Shown here piece after piece: positions 45,417 through 55,900 of a DNA stretch of 64,000 nucleotides (the first letter of the stretch is position 1; every line of letters begins with the position of its first letter). Source of the stretch: Flavobacteriales bacterium UBA7690 (GTDB taxonomy: Bacteria; Bacteroidota; Bacteroidia; Flavobacteriales_F; PHOS-HE28). A program made the translations under genes and the position numbers. The notes under the pieces were generated by a model. The model had not been told where the DNA came from. It searched no databases and saw only the letters and a list, made by a program, of their open reading frames with translations. Where the stretch lies: positions 29,429-93,428 of the forward strand of contig DLGQ01000035.1 of assembly GCA_002482775.1 (NCBI GenBank), given 5' to 3'.

Positions 45417-45638
45417 GGGAGCCGAAAGTTAGGCGGCTCCGGATCTGGCGATCCGATCCGCCCCACCATAAAAGCCGAAAGGCCCTCACCGTGGTGAAAG
45501 CCTTTCGTCCCCTTGTTGCGCTGTCAGGGAACCAAAACCCAGTCCGTTGACAAGCCTCTTCGATATGCTGACCCCGTAGTGGCGGAGTGTCTTTCCAGTG
45601 TGACGATATAAACGTACCGGGACCATGCCGGGCGGTGT

Positions 45639-45676
45639 GTTAAGGCCTTGCGAACGAACGTTAAAGAGCGTTAAGG
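45639..45676 (+). promoter_or_regulatory. three direct repeats GTTAA(G/A)G upstream of the HK/RR operon
   Basis: The repeats start at 45639, 45660 and 45670 (spacing 21 and 10 bp), about 40-75 nt upstream of the kinase start. This is consistent with OmpR-family direct-repeat sites. Confidence 0.35.
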
Positions 45677-45713
45677 TACCCTTGTTGGCACTGCCCCCCG
45701 GTAGTTTCGATGC

Positions 45714-47261
45714 GTGGAAAAGCGCCGCATCAAAGGCTTGATGATCGCCATCAGCGTAGCGTTGATCGGGCTCATGGGCATCCAGGTGAAATGGATGCGC
45801 GATACCATGGACCTGCGCGAGGCCCAGTTCCAACGCAGCGTGGACAATGCGCTCTACACCGTCTCCGATCGTTTGGAGCATGTGGAGAAGATGCGCGACC
45901 TGAAGCGTCACAAAGTGGGCCGTCGGCTGTTGCGGAAGCTGGATGCGCTGCGGCATGCGAACGACGAGGAGGGGCTTGTGAACGACGCCGACATGGTGGT
46001 GGGGAACGATACGGAGCCCGCACCGCCGGATCCGCCCCTTGATCCGGAGATCCAGGACATGCTGGGTTCCGATGAGGAGGACGGTGGAACGCCAGCTCCA
46101 GCGGTGGATGAGCAGAGCGAGGAGCACGAGGCGTTGATCGCCGATATGGTACGCGAGATCCTGGCCAAGGAACTCGCGCGCGACATCCGCGAGAGGATCG
46201 ATACACGGCTATTGGATTCGTTGCTCACGAGTGAGCTGCAGGCCGCTGGTGTCCAACCCGGGTTCTCGTATGGCATCTTCACGGAGAAAGGCGAGCCAGT
46301 GGACATCGGTGTCGGCGGCCTACCAGACCCACCTCCGGCGCTGGAGTCTCGTTACAAGGAGAAACTTTTCCGGCACGACCTGGCCGGTCCGAAGTTCTAC
46401 TTGCATGTCGTAGTGCCCGGCCAGCGTGGCGAATTGTGGCGCGGCATGTTGCCCATCCTGCTGATCAGTGCGGTCTTCATGGCCATCATAGTTGTGGCGT
46501 TCTTCTTCACGATCCGCACCATTTACAAACAAAAACGTATCGGCGAGATCCGGAACGACCTGGTGAACAACCTCACCCACGAACTGAAGACGCCGATCAG
46601 TACCATCGGTTTGGCATGCGAAGCGCTCGCCGATCCCTCCATGCCGAAGACCGATCAACAGGTGCGCACGTTCGTGAACATGATCCGCGATGAGAACAAA
46701 CGCCTGGGGTCGCTGGTGGAGAACGTATTGCAGAGCGCCGTTCTGGAGAGCGGCCACATGGTGTTGAAACGCGTTGATCTGGATGTGCATACGTTGATCC
46801 AGGAAGTCGTGCGTAGCAGTGGCATCCAAGTCTCTCGTCGCAACGGGCGGATCGATCTGGACCTGAAAGCGGAGATCCATCATGTGAACGGCGATCGTAT
46901 CCACCTCACCAACCTGCTGTACAACCTCATCGACAATGCGGTGAAGTACGCCGAACAGGAACCGCGCATCCGCATCGGTACGGCGAACAACGATGAAGGT
47001 GTCACCATCAGCGTTACGGACAACGGCATCGGCATAGCCCCTTCCGAGCAGCGCAAGATCTTCGATCGGCTGTACCGCGTGCCCACCGGCAACATCCACA
47101 ACGCGAAAGGTTTCGGCTTGGGGCTGAGCTATGTGCGCACGGTGGTGGAGCGGCACGGCGGCCGTATAAAACTGGAAAGCGCACCCGGGCGAGGCAGTAC
47201 ATTCCATATTTTCATTCCCTTCGAACATGTCAGGACACAAACTGCTGCTGGTAGAGGATGA
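45714..47261 (+). CDS. sensor histidine kinase (HisKA + HATPase_c)
   Basis: GTG 45714 gives MEKRRIKGLMIAISVALIGLMGIQ. A second TM precedes the H-box NLTHELKTPIS. The N/G boxes are LIDNAVKY, DNGIGI and GFGLGLS. Confidence 0.88.
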   Translation: MEKRRIKGLMIAISVALIGLMGIQVKWMRDTMDLREAQFQRSVDNALYTVSDRLEHVEKMRDLKRHKVGRRLLRKLDALRHANDEEGLVNDADMVVGNDTEPAPPDPPLDPEIQDMLGSDEEDGGTPAPAVDEQSEEHEALIADMVREILAKELARDIRERIDTRLLDSLLTSELQAAGVQPGFSYGIFTEKGEPVDIGVGGLPDPPPALESRYKEKLFRHDLAGPKFYLHVVVPGQRGELWRGMLPILLISAVFMAIIVVAFFFTIRTIYKQKRIGEIRNDLVNNLTHELKTPISTIGLACEALADPSMPKTDQQVRTFVNMIRDENKRLGSLVENVLQSAVLESGHMVLKRVDLDVHTLIQEVVRSSGIQVSRRNGRIDLDLKAEIHHVNGDRIHLTNLLYNLIDNAVKYAEQEPRIRIGTANNDEGVTISVTDNGIGIAPSEQRKIFDRLYRVPTGNIHNAKGFGLGLSYVRTVVERHGGRIKLESAPGRGSTFHIFIPFEHVRTQTAAGRG

Positions 47262-47946
47262 CCCCAATTTGGGCAACCTGCTCGTGGAGTATCTCCGGGC
47301 CAAAGGCTACCAGGCCGACCTGCGCACCGATGGCCAGCAGGGCAAGGACACCTACGACCAAGGGGGCTACGATCTGCTGATCCTGGACGTGATGATGCCC
47401 TTGAAAGATGGCTTCACCCTGGCGCGCGAGATCCGGCAGAAGGATGCTTCCACGCCCATCATCTTCCTCACGGCCAAGAGCATGAAACAGGATACCATCC
47501 AAGGCTTGGAGAGCGGGGCGGATGATTACCTCACAAAGCCTTTCAGTATGGAAGAGCTGCTCTTGCGGGTCTCTGCTGTGCTCCGCCGTTCCAAAGGTGT
47601 TGAGCCCAAAGCCCCGGAGCCCGACGAGTACGTGATCGGCGATTCCACGTTCGATCCCCGCAAGCAGATCCTGCGTACCCCGGAAGGGGAACGTAAGCTC
47701 ACCACCAAGGAATCCGAGCTGCTTCGGCTCCTGTGCCTCAACCGCAACGATGTGCTCGAACGCAGCGCCGCACTCAACGCGGTATGGGGCAACGACAGCT
47801 ATTTCAACGGTCGCAGCATGGACGTCTACATCGCCAAACTGCGGAAATACCTGCGGGAAGACCCCACCGTGGAGATCATCAATGTGCACGGAAAGGGGTT
47901 CCGGTTGATCGCGGGGGAAGTGGGCAAGGCAGCCTCGGCAGGTTGA
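47227..47946 (+). CDS. OmpR/PhoB-family response regulator
   Basis: The sequence has MSGHKLLLVEDDPNLGNLL, LILDVMMP, TAKS and DDYLTKPF. The winged-helix C-terminus is LTTKESELLRLL...VYIAKLRKYL...HGKGFRL. It overlaps the kinase 3' end by 35 nt. Confidence 0.93.
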   Translation: MSGHKLLLVEDDPNLGNLLVEYLRAKGYQADLRTDGQQGKDTYDQGGYDLLILDVMMPLKDGFTLAREIRQKDASTPIIFLTAKSMKQDTIQGLESGADDYLTKPFSMEELLLRVSAVLRRSKGVEPKAPEPDEYVIGDSTFDPRKQILRTPEGERKLTTKESELLRLLCLNRNDVLERSAALNAVWGNDSYFNGRSMDVYIAKLRKYLREDPTVEIINVHGKGFRLIAGEVGKAASAG

Positions 47947-48013
47947 CCAACGGTGCAGGTTGGGATGAACAACGGCGCAACTATCTTGTGCCTCCTAACC
48001 AAATGACCTGCCC

Positions 48014-50065
48014 ATGAAGCTCTTTTACGCGTGTAGTGCATTGATCCTTTCTACAGCGGCGCTGGATGCCTCGGCCCAGATGCTACCGGCTAAGCGAGTG
48101 GTAGCCCACGCCCAGAGCGTGAACGCTGTAGCCCGCGGCGGCGGCCCCATCAACGATGTGTGCGCCAATGCAGCGGAATATCCCCTCTCCGCAGGGAATG
48201 CGGTGGTCATCTCCGGGGACAACACCGGAGCTACCCTTGATGAACCCGCCCTCACCGGGACCGACGGCACGGAGTTCCCCGCTGTTTGGGAAGCCATCGT
48301 AGTGCCAAGCTGCATGGATCTCACCATATCGTTCTGCGGATCCTTGTATACGGGAACCACCTTCACCGGGCTCTTCACTGATTGTGACTTCGCCGGTATC
48401 GTACGCCCGTTCGGAACCGAGACCACGAGCTGCCCCGATGGCCAATTCACAGTTACCTACCGTCGCGTACCTGCCGGCACCTATTTGGTACCCGTGGCCA
48501 CTGATCCAGAAGGTACCCCGGGAGCTTATACCATCACCGTGCTCGGTACCAACTGCAGCGACCCCAGTGTGGGGAACGACGAATGCGACGGCGGCATCGA
48601 CCTCGCAGTTGGTGCTGGTTGCGTGGCCACCACGGTGGATGTCACCGGTGCGACCGGGTCCTTGGCTGCCGCGACCTGCAACGATTTCACAGGCACCTCG
48701 GATGAGGACGTGTGGTTCTCCTTCGAAGCGACCAGCACTTCGGTACGTGTCACCGCCCAAGGAAGTGAGGCCTACGATGCGGTATTGGAGATCTTCGAGG
48801 GCGACTGCAATGGATTGGTCAGCTTGGGCTGCGCAGATGGCAGCTTGGATGGTGGCGAAGAATCCGCGCAGGTTTCGGAATTGGAGATCGGACTCACCTA
48901 TTATGTGCGCGTTTACGACTACTACGTCGGGCTTCCCGCTTCCACGGAAGTAAGCCTCTGCGTTGTGGAAGTCCCTAGCGAGACCAACAACGACGAGTGC
49001 CCCGGCACGTTGTTGACGATGGGTGAAGATTGTGTACCCACCTTGGGTACCGTGGCCGGCGCCACCGAGTCCCTGCCCGGGATCGTATGCAACGAGTTCG
49101 AAGGTTCCGCTGATGATGATGTGTGGCACTCCTTCGTAGCCACTGCCGAGAATGTGATCGTTGCTGCACAAGGCGGAACGGATTTCGACATGGTGTTGGA
49201 ACTGCTCGAAGGGCCTTGCGGGAACCCCACCTCCATCGCCTGTGCCGATGCTAGCGTGGACAATGAGGTGGAACAGATCGTTTTCTCGGGTCTTGAAGTT
49301 GGCGTCACCTACTATGTGCGCCTTTACTCCTTTGACGAGGTAGTTGTCACCGACCCCATCTATCAGATCTGTGTGGTAGCCGTGGAGGCACCGGCGAACG
49401 AGGACTGTGCTAGTGCTCAAGAAGTCGATGTACTGGAGCCCATCGAGTGCCCCGATGGTTCGGTGGTAGGCAACAACGGATTCGCCGCGACAACCTTGGA
49501 TGAACCTAGCTGTGATACCTCTACCGAGGGGTTCAAGGATGTGTGGTACTCGTTCAACTCACTGGCCAACGCCACGGTCACCGTGGAACTCACCAACATT
49601 TCCATGACCGATGTGGGGATGGAAGTTGTTGATGCTTGCGGGGGCGATGCGGTGTTCTGCGCCTTTGGCGATGATGTGTTGGGTCCTCAGGATATCTCTG
49701 TGGACCCAGGCACGGAATACTTCGTGCGTGTCTACAGCAACTTGCAGTACGGCGATGGCGGTGATTTCGCGTTGTGCGTGAGCGCTGCCCTCAGCACAGT
49801 GGTGGCGGAAATGGAGAGCAGCACGGTAAGCGTGTTCCCCAACCCGAACGATGGCCGCTTCCAAGTGGTGAACAATGGTGAAGCGATGGACGCCATCGTG
49901 GAACTGTTCGATGCCACCGGTCGTGTGGTGATGAACGAACGCGTGGTGTTGCCTGCGGGCGGTATCCACAGCTTCGACCAAGCAGGCCGCCTGGCCCCTG
50001 GCACCTACTCCCTGCGCATGACCAATGGTGATGTGCGTACCGAACAGCGCGTGCTCGTGCGTTGA
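48014..50065 (+). CDS. T9SS type A sorting domain protein, modular (1 type-I + 3 type-II Cys-rich modules)
   Basis: The signal peptide is MKLFYACSALILSTAALDASAQ. The type-I module is at about 48152-48556. Type-II modules (NDEC...DVW(F/H/Y)SF...YYVR(V/L)Y...LCV) are at about 48575-48961, 48989-49375 and 49397-49777. The C-terminal sorting domain is VSVFPNPNDGRFQVV...TYSLRM. Confidence 0.85.
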   Translation: MKLFYACSALILSTAALDASAQMLPAKRVVAHAQSVNAVARGGGPINDVCANAAEYPLSAGNAVVISGDNTGATLDEPALTGTDGTEFPAVWEAIVVPSCMDLTISFCGSLYTGTTFTGLFTDCDFAGIVRPFGTETTSCPDGQFTVTYRRVPAGTYLVPVATDPEGTPGAYTITVLGTNCSDPSVGNDECDGGIDLAVGAGCVATTVDVTGATGSLAAATCNDFTGTSDEDVWFSFEATSTSVRVTAQGSEAYDAVLEIFEGDCNGLVSLGCADGSLDGGEESAQVSELEIGLTYYVRVYDYYVGLPASTEVSLCVVEVPSETNNDECPGTLLTMGEDCVPTLGTVAGATESLPGIVCNEFEGSADDDVWHSFVATAENVIVAAQGGTDFDMVLELLEGPCGNPTSIACADASVDNEVEQIVFSGLEVGVTYYVRLYSFDEVVVTDPIYQICVVAVEAPANEDCASAQEVDVLEPIECPDGSVVGNNGFAATTLDEPSCDTSTEGFKDVWYSFNSLANATVTVELTNISMTDVGMEVVDACGGDAVFCAFGDDVLGPQDISVDPGTEYFVRVYSNLQYGDGGDFALCVSAALSTVVAEMESSTVSVFPNPNDGRFQVVNNGEAMDAIVELFDATGRVVMNERVVLPAGGIHSFDQAGRLAPGTYSLRMTNGDVRTEQRVLVR

Positions 50066-50079
50066 TACACCGATCCTAA

Positions 50080-50121
50080 GAATGCAGAAGGGCGGACCGG
50101 TCGGTCCGCCCTTCTGCATTC
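50080..50121. terminator. 20-bp perfect inverted repeat, bidirectional terminator
   Basis: GAATGCAGAAGGGCGGACCG (50080-50099) pairs with CGGTCCGCCCTTCTGCATTC (50102-50121). It lies between convergent genes. Confidence 0.7.
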
Positions 50122-50208
50122 ACATATTTCCGTGTTGTCTCCACAGTACGGCCGGGAGACGGGTGTCAGGGCTGTTCCAACGCCAAGAGAACACCATTCG
50201 TTCCATAC

Positions 50209-50994
50209 CTACAAACACGCCGTGCGCCCTCCATCCACCGGCAAGTTGATGCCGTTGATGTAGGCCCCGGATGGTCCCGCAAGGAATGCGATGGCCGCTG
50301 CGATCTCTTCGGGCTTGGCGAACCGGCGGAGGGGGATCTCGTTCAACATCTCGGTGCGTACAGCATCCAGGCTGGCACCGGTCTTCTGAGCTTTATTCGA
50401 GATGATGGCGGTAAGGCGTTCAGTCTCGGTCGCTCCCGGTAGCACATTGTTCACCGTGATCCCGAAAGGACCCAGTTCATTGGCCAATGTCTTGCCCCAG
50501 TTCGCCACGGCCCCGCGTATGGTGTTGCTCACGCCGAGGTTCGGTAGTGGCTGTTTCACGCTGGTGCTGATCACGTTGATGATGCGCCCGCTGCGCTGCT
50601 GCTTCATACCCGGCACAAGGGCCCGCACCAAGGTCTGGAAGCCCACCAAGTGTTGTGTGAATGCCGCCAAGAACGCAGCCGGGTCCGCTTCGTGTGCGGG
50701 TCCCGGAGCAGGCCCTCCGGTATTGTGTACCACGATATCCACGGTCTCCTTCTCCGCGAAAGCACCAATGGAGGAGCGCAGCTTCGCGGTGTCGCCAAGG
50801 TCGCAGGTGAGCCATCCATGCTGCTGCCCATTGGGGGCTGGTAGCGCTTTGGCCACAGCGATAAGCTTGGCTTCGTCACGAGCAACGAGCGTGATGCGGG
50901 CGCCATGTTCGGCGAGTGCGATGGCAGCGGCTTTTCCGATGCCTTGTGTACTGCCGCACACGAGGGCGTGCAGTCCTATCAAGGGGTGGTTCAT
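50209..50994 (-). CDS. SDR family oxidoreductase (FabG-like short-chain dehydrogenase)
   Basis: The cofactor motif is ALVCGSTQGIGKAAA (TGxxxGIG type). NTGG, the catalytic S...Y? region and PGATETER are also present. The product is 261 aa. Confidence 0.9.
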   Translation of the reverse strand: MNHPLIGLHALVCGSTQGIGKAAAIALAEHGARITLVARDEAKLIAVAKALPAPNGQQHGWLTCDLGDTAKLRSSIGAFAEKETVDIVVHNTGGPAPGPAHEADPAAFLAAFTQHLVGFQTLVRALVPGMKQQRSGRIINVISTSVKQPLPNLGVSNTIRGAVANWGKTLANELGPFGITVNNVLPGATETERLTAIISNKAQKTGASLDAVRTEMLNEIPLRRFAKPEEIAAAIAFLAGPSGAYINGINLPVDGGRTACL

Positions 50995-51117
50995 GCTGCG
51001 GCCAAAGGTAGACCCGCGTGGCTACCCTGCACAGCGCGTCCCTATACAAGCAGTATAGTGTACTGCGATGGTTAAGTTCGTCACGTGTGTGCGACATCCC
51101 CAATACCTGGCCTTGGC

Positions 51118-52821
51118 GTGAAGAACCTCTATAAGTCGATCCCTCTTACAGGGCTTATGCTCTTGCTGGCCACCGCCGTAGATGCGCGAACCGTGGTAGA
51201 GCATCCGGCGGAACTGGTACACCGGAGTGCTCCGGTGGTGTCTTTCGGTGAGGCGGGTAATAGGGGTGTGGCGGAACGTGGTGGTGGGAATGATGAATGT
51301 GCCACGGCCACCATGATCAACGTAGCGGCCGAATGCAATGGCTCGCTCGCCACCTATGATGCAACAGATGCGACGCAATCACGCGCTGCTGCGTTTTGTA
51401 ACGAATATGCCTCTGTGGAAGCGCGGGACCTTTGGTTCAGCTTCGTTGCTACGAGTACCATCAGCGTCATTCGTGTTGAAGGCTTCGGCAGTTATGATCC
51501 CGTGGTGGAGGGTTTCACGGGAGATTGTGCAGACCTGGAGTCCATCGGTTGCGCAGATGCCACATACCCGGACGCGGGGGAGAACACGGTGGAGACCTTG
51601 AGCATAACCACCACCGTGGACAACACCTACTTCGTTCGTGTCTATTCCTACTGGAACCCCGTACCAACGGACTTCACCTTCAGCCTATGCGCATTCACTG
51701 GAGCGGATGTGCCTGCGAACGATCTCTGCACCAGTGCATCGCCAGAGCTGCTCACGCTCGGAAGCAGCATCTCCTTTACCGGCGACAACACCGATGCACT
51801 GGATACCGAAGGCTTGGGCTACGGCTCGGTGTGGCATGCCTTTACCACGACCGAATGTGCCGATGTGACCGTGGACTACTGTGGCACTTCACCCGCTTTT
51901 GGTAATGCATTACTTCGACTGTTCACCACCTGTCCTGGCGATGAACACATTAGTGCTTCCGACTTCGATGAAGTAACGTGTCCGGATGGCAATGTGACGA
52001 TGCATTGGAACTACTTACCGTCGGGCACATACTACTACGCGGTGATCAACGATGAAGTGTCGGACCCCGATGCGGTGGGCGCTTACATGATCAATGTTAG
52101 TGCCACCTCTTTTGCTCCCGGCTACTGCGAAGCTTCCACCACCGAACAGTGCGACGAATACATTTCCCGCGTTACCGTGGGTGCCGTGGACAACGCTTCG
52201 GGCTGCACCCAAGGTGTCACAGCGGACTACACGGATCAAGTGGTGGGGATAGAGCAAGGTGAAGCGTTGCCCATCACCGTGGTGAACGGCCCGCTCTACG
52301 ATCCTTCCGACGCAGTGGGGGTTTGGGTGGATTGGGATCAGGATGAGAACTTCTGTGAGGCGAATGAGTACCATGCAATGGCCACCTCGGATGGTGGTCT
52401 CACCTTCACCGGTCTGGTGAACGCCCCCATGGATGCAGTGCTGGGCAGCACACGGATGCGTGTCCGTATGGTCTATGATCGGTTCCCTATGGCGTGTGGT
52501 GTGGCGGACTATGGAGAGGTGGAGGATTACACGGTACAGGTGGGGCTAGGCAACAGCATCGCGGAGCAAGAGCGATCCTACTGGGAGGTGTTCCCCAACC
52601 CGGGCACAGGCGACTTCACCATCCGATCGCGGTCGCACACGGATGAGGTTTCGATCGCGCTTTTAGATGTTGCTGGCCGCGTACTGATCCAAGAACGACG
52701 GCAAGTTCTCCAGGGCCAACAGATCAACTGCGACTGGGCAGGAACGCTCGCTGCAGGAGCCTACGTGCTTCGCCTTATCAGTGCCGACGAGCGTTGGGAA
52801 CGGCGTGTGGTGGTTCAGTAA
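51118..52821 (+). CDS. T9SS type A sorting domain protein with type-II + type-I modules and a GEVED domain
   Basis: GTG 51118 gives the signal peptide MKNLYKSIPLTGLMLLLATAVDA. NDEC...DLWFSF...YFVRVY and YCGTSP...CPDGN...PSGTYYYAV modules are present. The GEVED signature is ADYGEVEDYTVQV. The C-terminal sorting domain is WEVFPNPGTGDFTIR. Confidence 0.85.
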   Translation: MKNLYKSIPLTGLMLLLATAVDARTVVEHPAELVHRSAPVVSFGEAGNRGVAERGGGNDECATATMINVAAECNGSLATYDATDATQSRAAAFCNEYASVEARDLWFSFVATSTISVIRVEGFGSYDPVVEGFTGDCADLESIGCADATYPDAGENTVETLSITTTVDNTYFVRVYSYWNPVPTDFTFSLCAFTGADVPANDLCTSASPELLTLGSSISFTGDNTDALDTEGLGYGSVWHAFTTTECADVTVDYCGTSPAFGNALLRLFTTCPGDEHISASDFDEVTCPDGNVTMHWNYLPSGTYYYAVINDEVSDPDAVGAYMINVSATSFAPGYCEASTTEQCDEYISRVTVGAVDNASGCTQGVTADYTDQVVGIEQGEALPITVVNGPLYDPSDAVGVWVDWDQDENFCEANEYHAMATSDGGLTFTGLVNAPMDAVLGSTRMRVRMVYDRFPMACGVADYGEVEDYTVQVGLGNSIAEQERSYWEVFPNPGTGDFTIRSRSHTDEVSIALLDVAGRVLIQERRQVLQGQQINCDWAGTLAAGAYVLRLISADERWERRVVVQ

Positions 52822-52990
52822 GTGCAGGATCTTTTCTACACAAGGCGTTAGCTCAAGCTCCGCATCTTTCCGGGTCGGTTGTTATTGTGTCACGTTTGTG
52901 GAAAACGTAGGTGAAAAAGGATCAAGTCAGGGTATGTGGTTTCCGGACCTTTGCACCACTCTCCTTTTTGTCAACCTTTTCATCTCGACC

Positions 52991-55900
52991 ATGCTCCCGA
53001 CTTCGACCATTCTCGTTCGACTAGCCCAGGTACTTCTGGCTTTGATCCCCTTGGCCTCCTTCGGCCTCACCCCCTCCGGTGGTGATGCCCTCGCCGCCCC
53101 TCCCGGCGCTAACCCCCCGAATACGATCTGCACAGGAGCCACGGTGGTACCCGTTACCATCGGCACGCCGGCGACCGTTACTGGCAACAACGAGAATTCG
53201 CTCACGGATCCGGTCCTTGGTGCGAACTTGGTGTGGGAGGGGTTCAGCATCACCGCGTGCAGCGACGTTACAGTCAGCTACTGCGGCACTTCGCCGATCT
53301 TCATGGGCGGCTTGGCTTATTTGGCAGTTGGCTGTCCCCTGACCAACCTGGTCTTCAACTCGGGCCAGAACGTGATCTCCAACGTTTGTGGCGATGGCAA
53401 CTTCGCCATCTTCTTTCCGGAGCTACCCCCAGGCACCTACTACTATCCGGTATTGGAGGCACCGGGTTCCAGCGGCAACTATTCCATCACCTTCATCGCC
53501 GCAGCATGCACCAACACACCACCGGCGAATGCTTTTTGTGCTACACCTGTGGAACTGACCTCGGGGGCGAACTGTGAACCCACATCGGGAACAGTGGAAC
53601 ACGCTACCGTTGCCGGTAACTCGGGCACCAGTTGCGATGGGGCCGATGTTTCCGATGGCGTTTGGTTCTCCTTCGTTGCCACATCCTCTGCACACGAAAT
53701 CACCGTGGTCGGTAGCGCATCCTTCGCTGCGGAGATCGAACTCTTCAGCGGGTCCTGCCCTGCACCAACGCCGGTAGCCTGCACCTCGGCGAACGATTTC
53801 GGCCTATCGGAAACTCTGTCGAGCACGACTTTGACCGTCGGCCAGACCTACTTGATCCGCGTATCGGATTGGTACTCCGGCGTGCCACGCTCCACCACGT
53901 TCGATATCTGTGTGGTCGGAATTCCCACCTCTGATTGTGAAGCGGACGCCGGTACCTTGACCGCCGGTGATCCACCACCGTGTTTGGATGGTGCGGTCAC
54001 CATCAGTGCAATTGCCAACGGTGATGCGGTGATCCCTACTGGATACGACAGGATCTACGTGCTCACGTCGGGTCAGGATATCGTGATCCAGCAGGTCGCA
54101 GCAGCGCCATCGTTCCAAGTATCGGAAGCGACGGCGTACACGATCCATACGTTGGTGTATGATCCAGCGACGTTGGACATCGGGACAATCGTCTTTGGCG
54201 AGTCCACTGCAGCGGAGGTCAACGCGCTGCTCGTCCAAGGCGGCGGCAGCGTTTGTGCCAGCCTAGATCTGGCCGGTGCAGCGATATCCGTTGCCACGTG
54301 CTGCGCTGCTACAGCTGGTGCTTTGGATCCCGTTTCGCCATTCGAGTGCTTGGTATCTGGCTCTTCCCCGGTGAGCGCCGTGGAGGAGATACCATCGGTG
54401 ATACCCACGGGCTACGTGTTGGCCTATGTGCTCTCACAAGGTCCGGACAGGGTCATTCAACAAGTGGGAACGGAGCCCCTCTTCACGGTGGATGCGCTGG
54501 GGGCGTTCACCATCCACGCTTTCGTGTACGATCCCAATACGCTGGATCCAGAGCAAGTGATCGACTTCGGCACTACCACGGCAGCAGCACTTCACGGGCT
54601 CTTGGTCGAAGGCGGGGGTAGCATTTGTGGAAGCCTGGACCTGGATGGAGCCATCATCACGGTGCTCAATTGTTGCGCAGCCGATGCCGGCACGATCACT
54701 CCGGATGATGATGTGCTCTGTTATCCGAATACGACGATCGCCATCAGTGCAACCCCCGAAGAGGATGCTGTAGTGCCCGTGGGTTTCACCACCGTGTACG
54801 TGCTCAGCGCGGGCCAGGACCTGGTGATCCAAGCGACGGCAGCCACGCCATCATTCGATGTATCCGCTCCAGGTGAATACACCATCCACACACTGGTGTA
54901 CGACCCTGCGACCTTGGACCTAAGCGCCATCGTTGTTGGCCAGACCACTGGAGCAGAAGTGAACGCCTTGTTGATCCCCGCAGGCTCCATCTGCGCAAGC
55001 CTGGATGTGGAGGGCGCGCGTATCATGGTTGAGGACTGTAGCCCCGTGAACGATGACTGCTCCACAGCGATCGAAGTTTCGGTGAGCGTCGTTGATGAAT
55101 GTTCGGCGAATTCAGTGACCGGCAACAACGCATACGCAACGCAGGAAGCAACGAACCTGCCGGGTTGTGATGAGACCACCGCTTCGTTCGCTGACGTGTG
55201 GTACCGTTTCAACAGCGGCCAGAATGAGCAGATCAGCCTGTTGTTCGATCCCGGCACCATGACGCATTGGGCCTTCGCGGTGAGCGATGCCTGTGAGGGT
55301 GGAGTGGAAGTGGTCTGCGAGATCATGCCGTCGGTCCCTATTGATGTGGTCACGGCGCCCAACACCGATTATTGGGTGCGTATCTACAGCGATCTGGGTT
55401 CCGGAAGTGGTGGTGCGTTCACTCTTTGCATCACCGGTGCGGCCCCTACTTACATCTGCAACGGTGCATCCGTGACCCTGGGGGATGCTACCACCAGTAC
55501 GTCCATTTGCCAAGATGGTGATCCTGACGTGTTGGATGTGGTGAACACCAGCAACTCGGTAGAGGATTACAGCTATGTGGTGACCGACGTGAACGACACC
55601 GTCGTTGCACTGATGGCGATGGGATCTTTGGACTTCAATGCATTGCCGGTAGGTATCTACCGCATCTGGGGCATCTCACACAACGGCGCACTACAAGGTG
55701 CGGATGCAGGTGCGGCCGCAACGGATATCACCAGCAACGGGGAGTGCCTGGACCTGAGTGACGACTTCGTGACGGTGAACGTGGAGGTATGTAGCGGTAT
55801 AAATGAGGATCCCATGAACGAATGGAGCTTGTTCCCCAACCCGACCAGTGGTGTGGTGAACGTGCGGTACAGCGGTGCCAGCGCATCGGCCACGATCGAT

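Noticed and set aside
46320-47889. Minus-strand ORFs 46320..47303 (327 aa) and 47230..47889 (219 aa)
   Set aside because: They are antisense shadows of the histidine kinase and OmpR-type regulator genes, both of which have unambiguous motifs on the plus strand.
48083-49420. Minus-strand 445-aa ORF inside the first T9SS cargo gene
   Set aside because: It is antisense to a CDS with a signal peptide, repeated modules and a T9SS C-terminal domain. The translation is G/H/R-rich low-complexity.
52781-52990. N-terminal extension of track ORF 52781..56062 overlapping the end of the preceding gene
   Set aside because: The extension has no signal-peptide character and overlaps 51118..52821. ATG 52991 gives a proper signal peptide, so the extension is most likely untranslated spacer.
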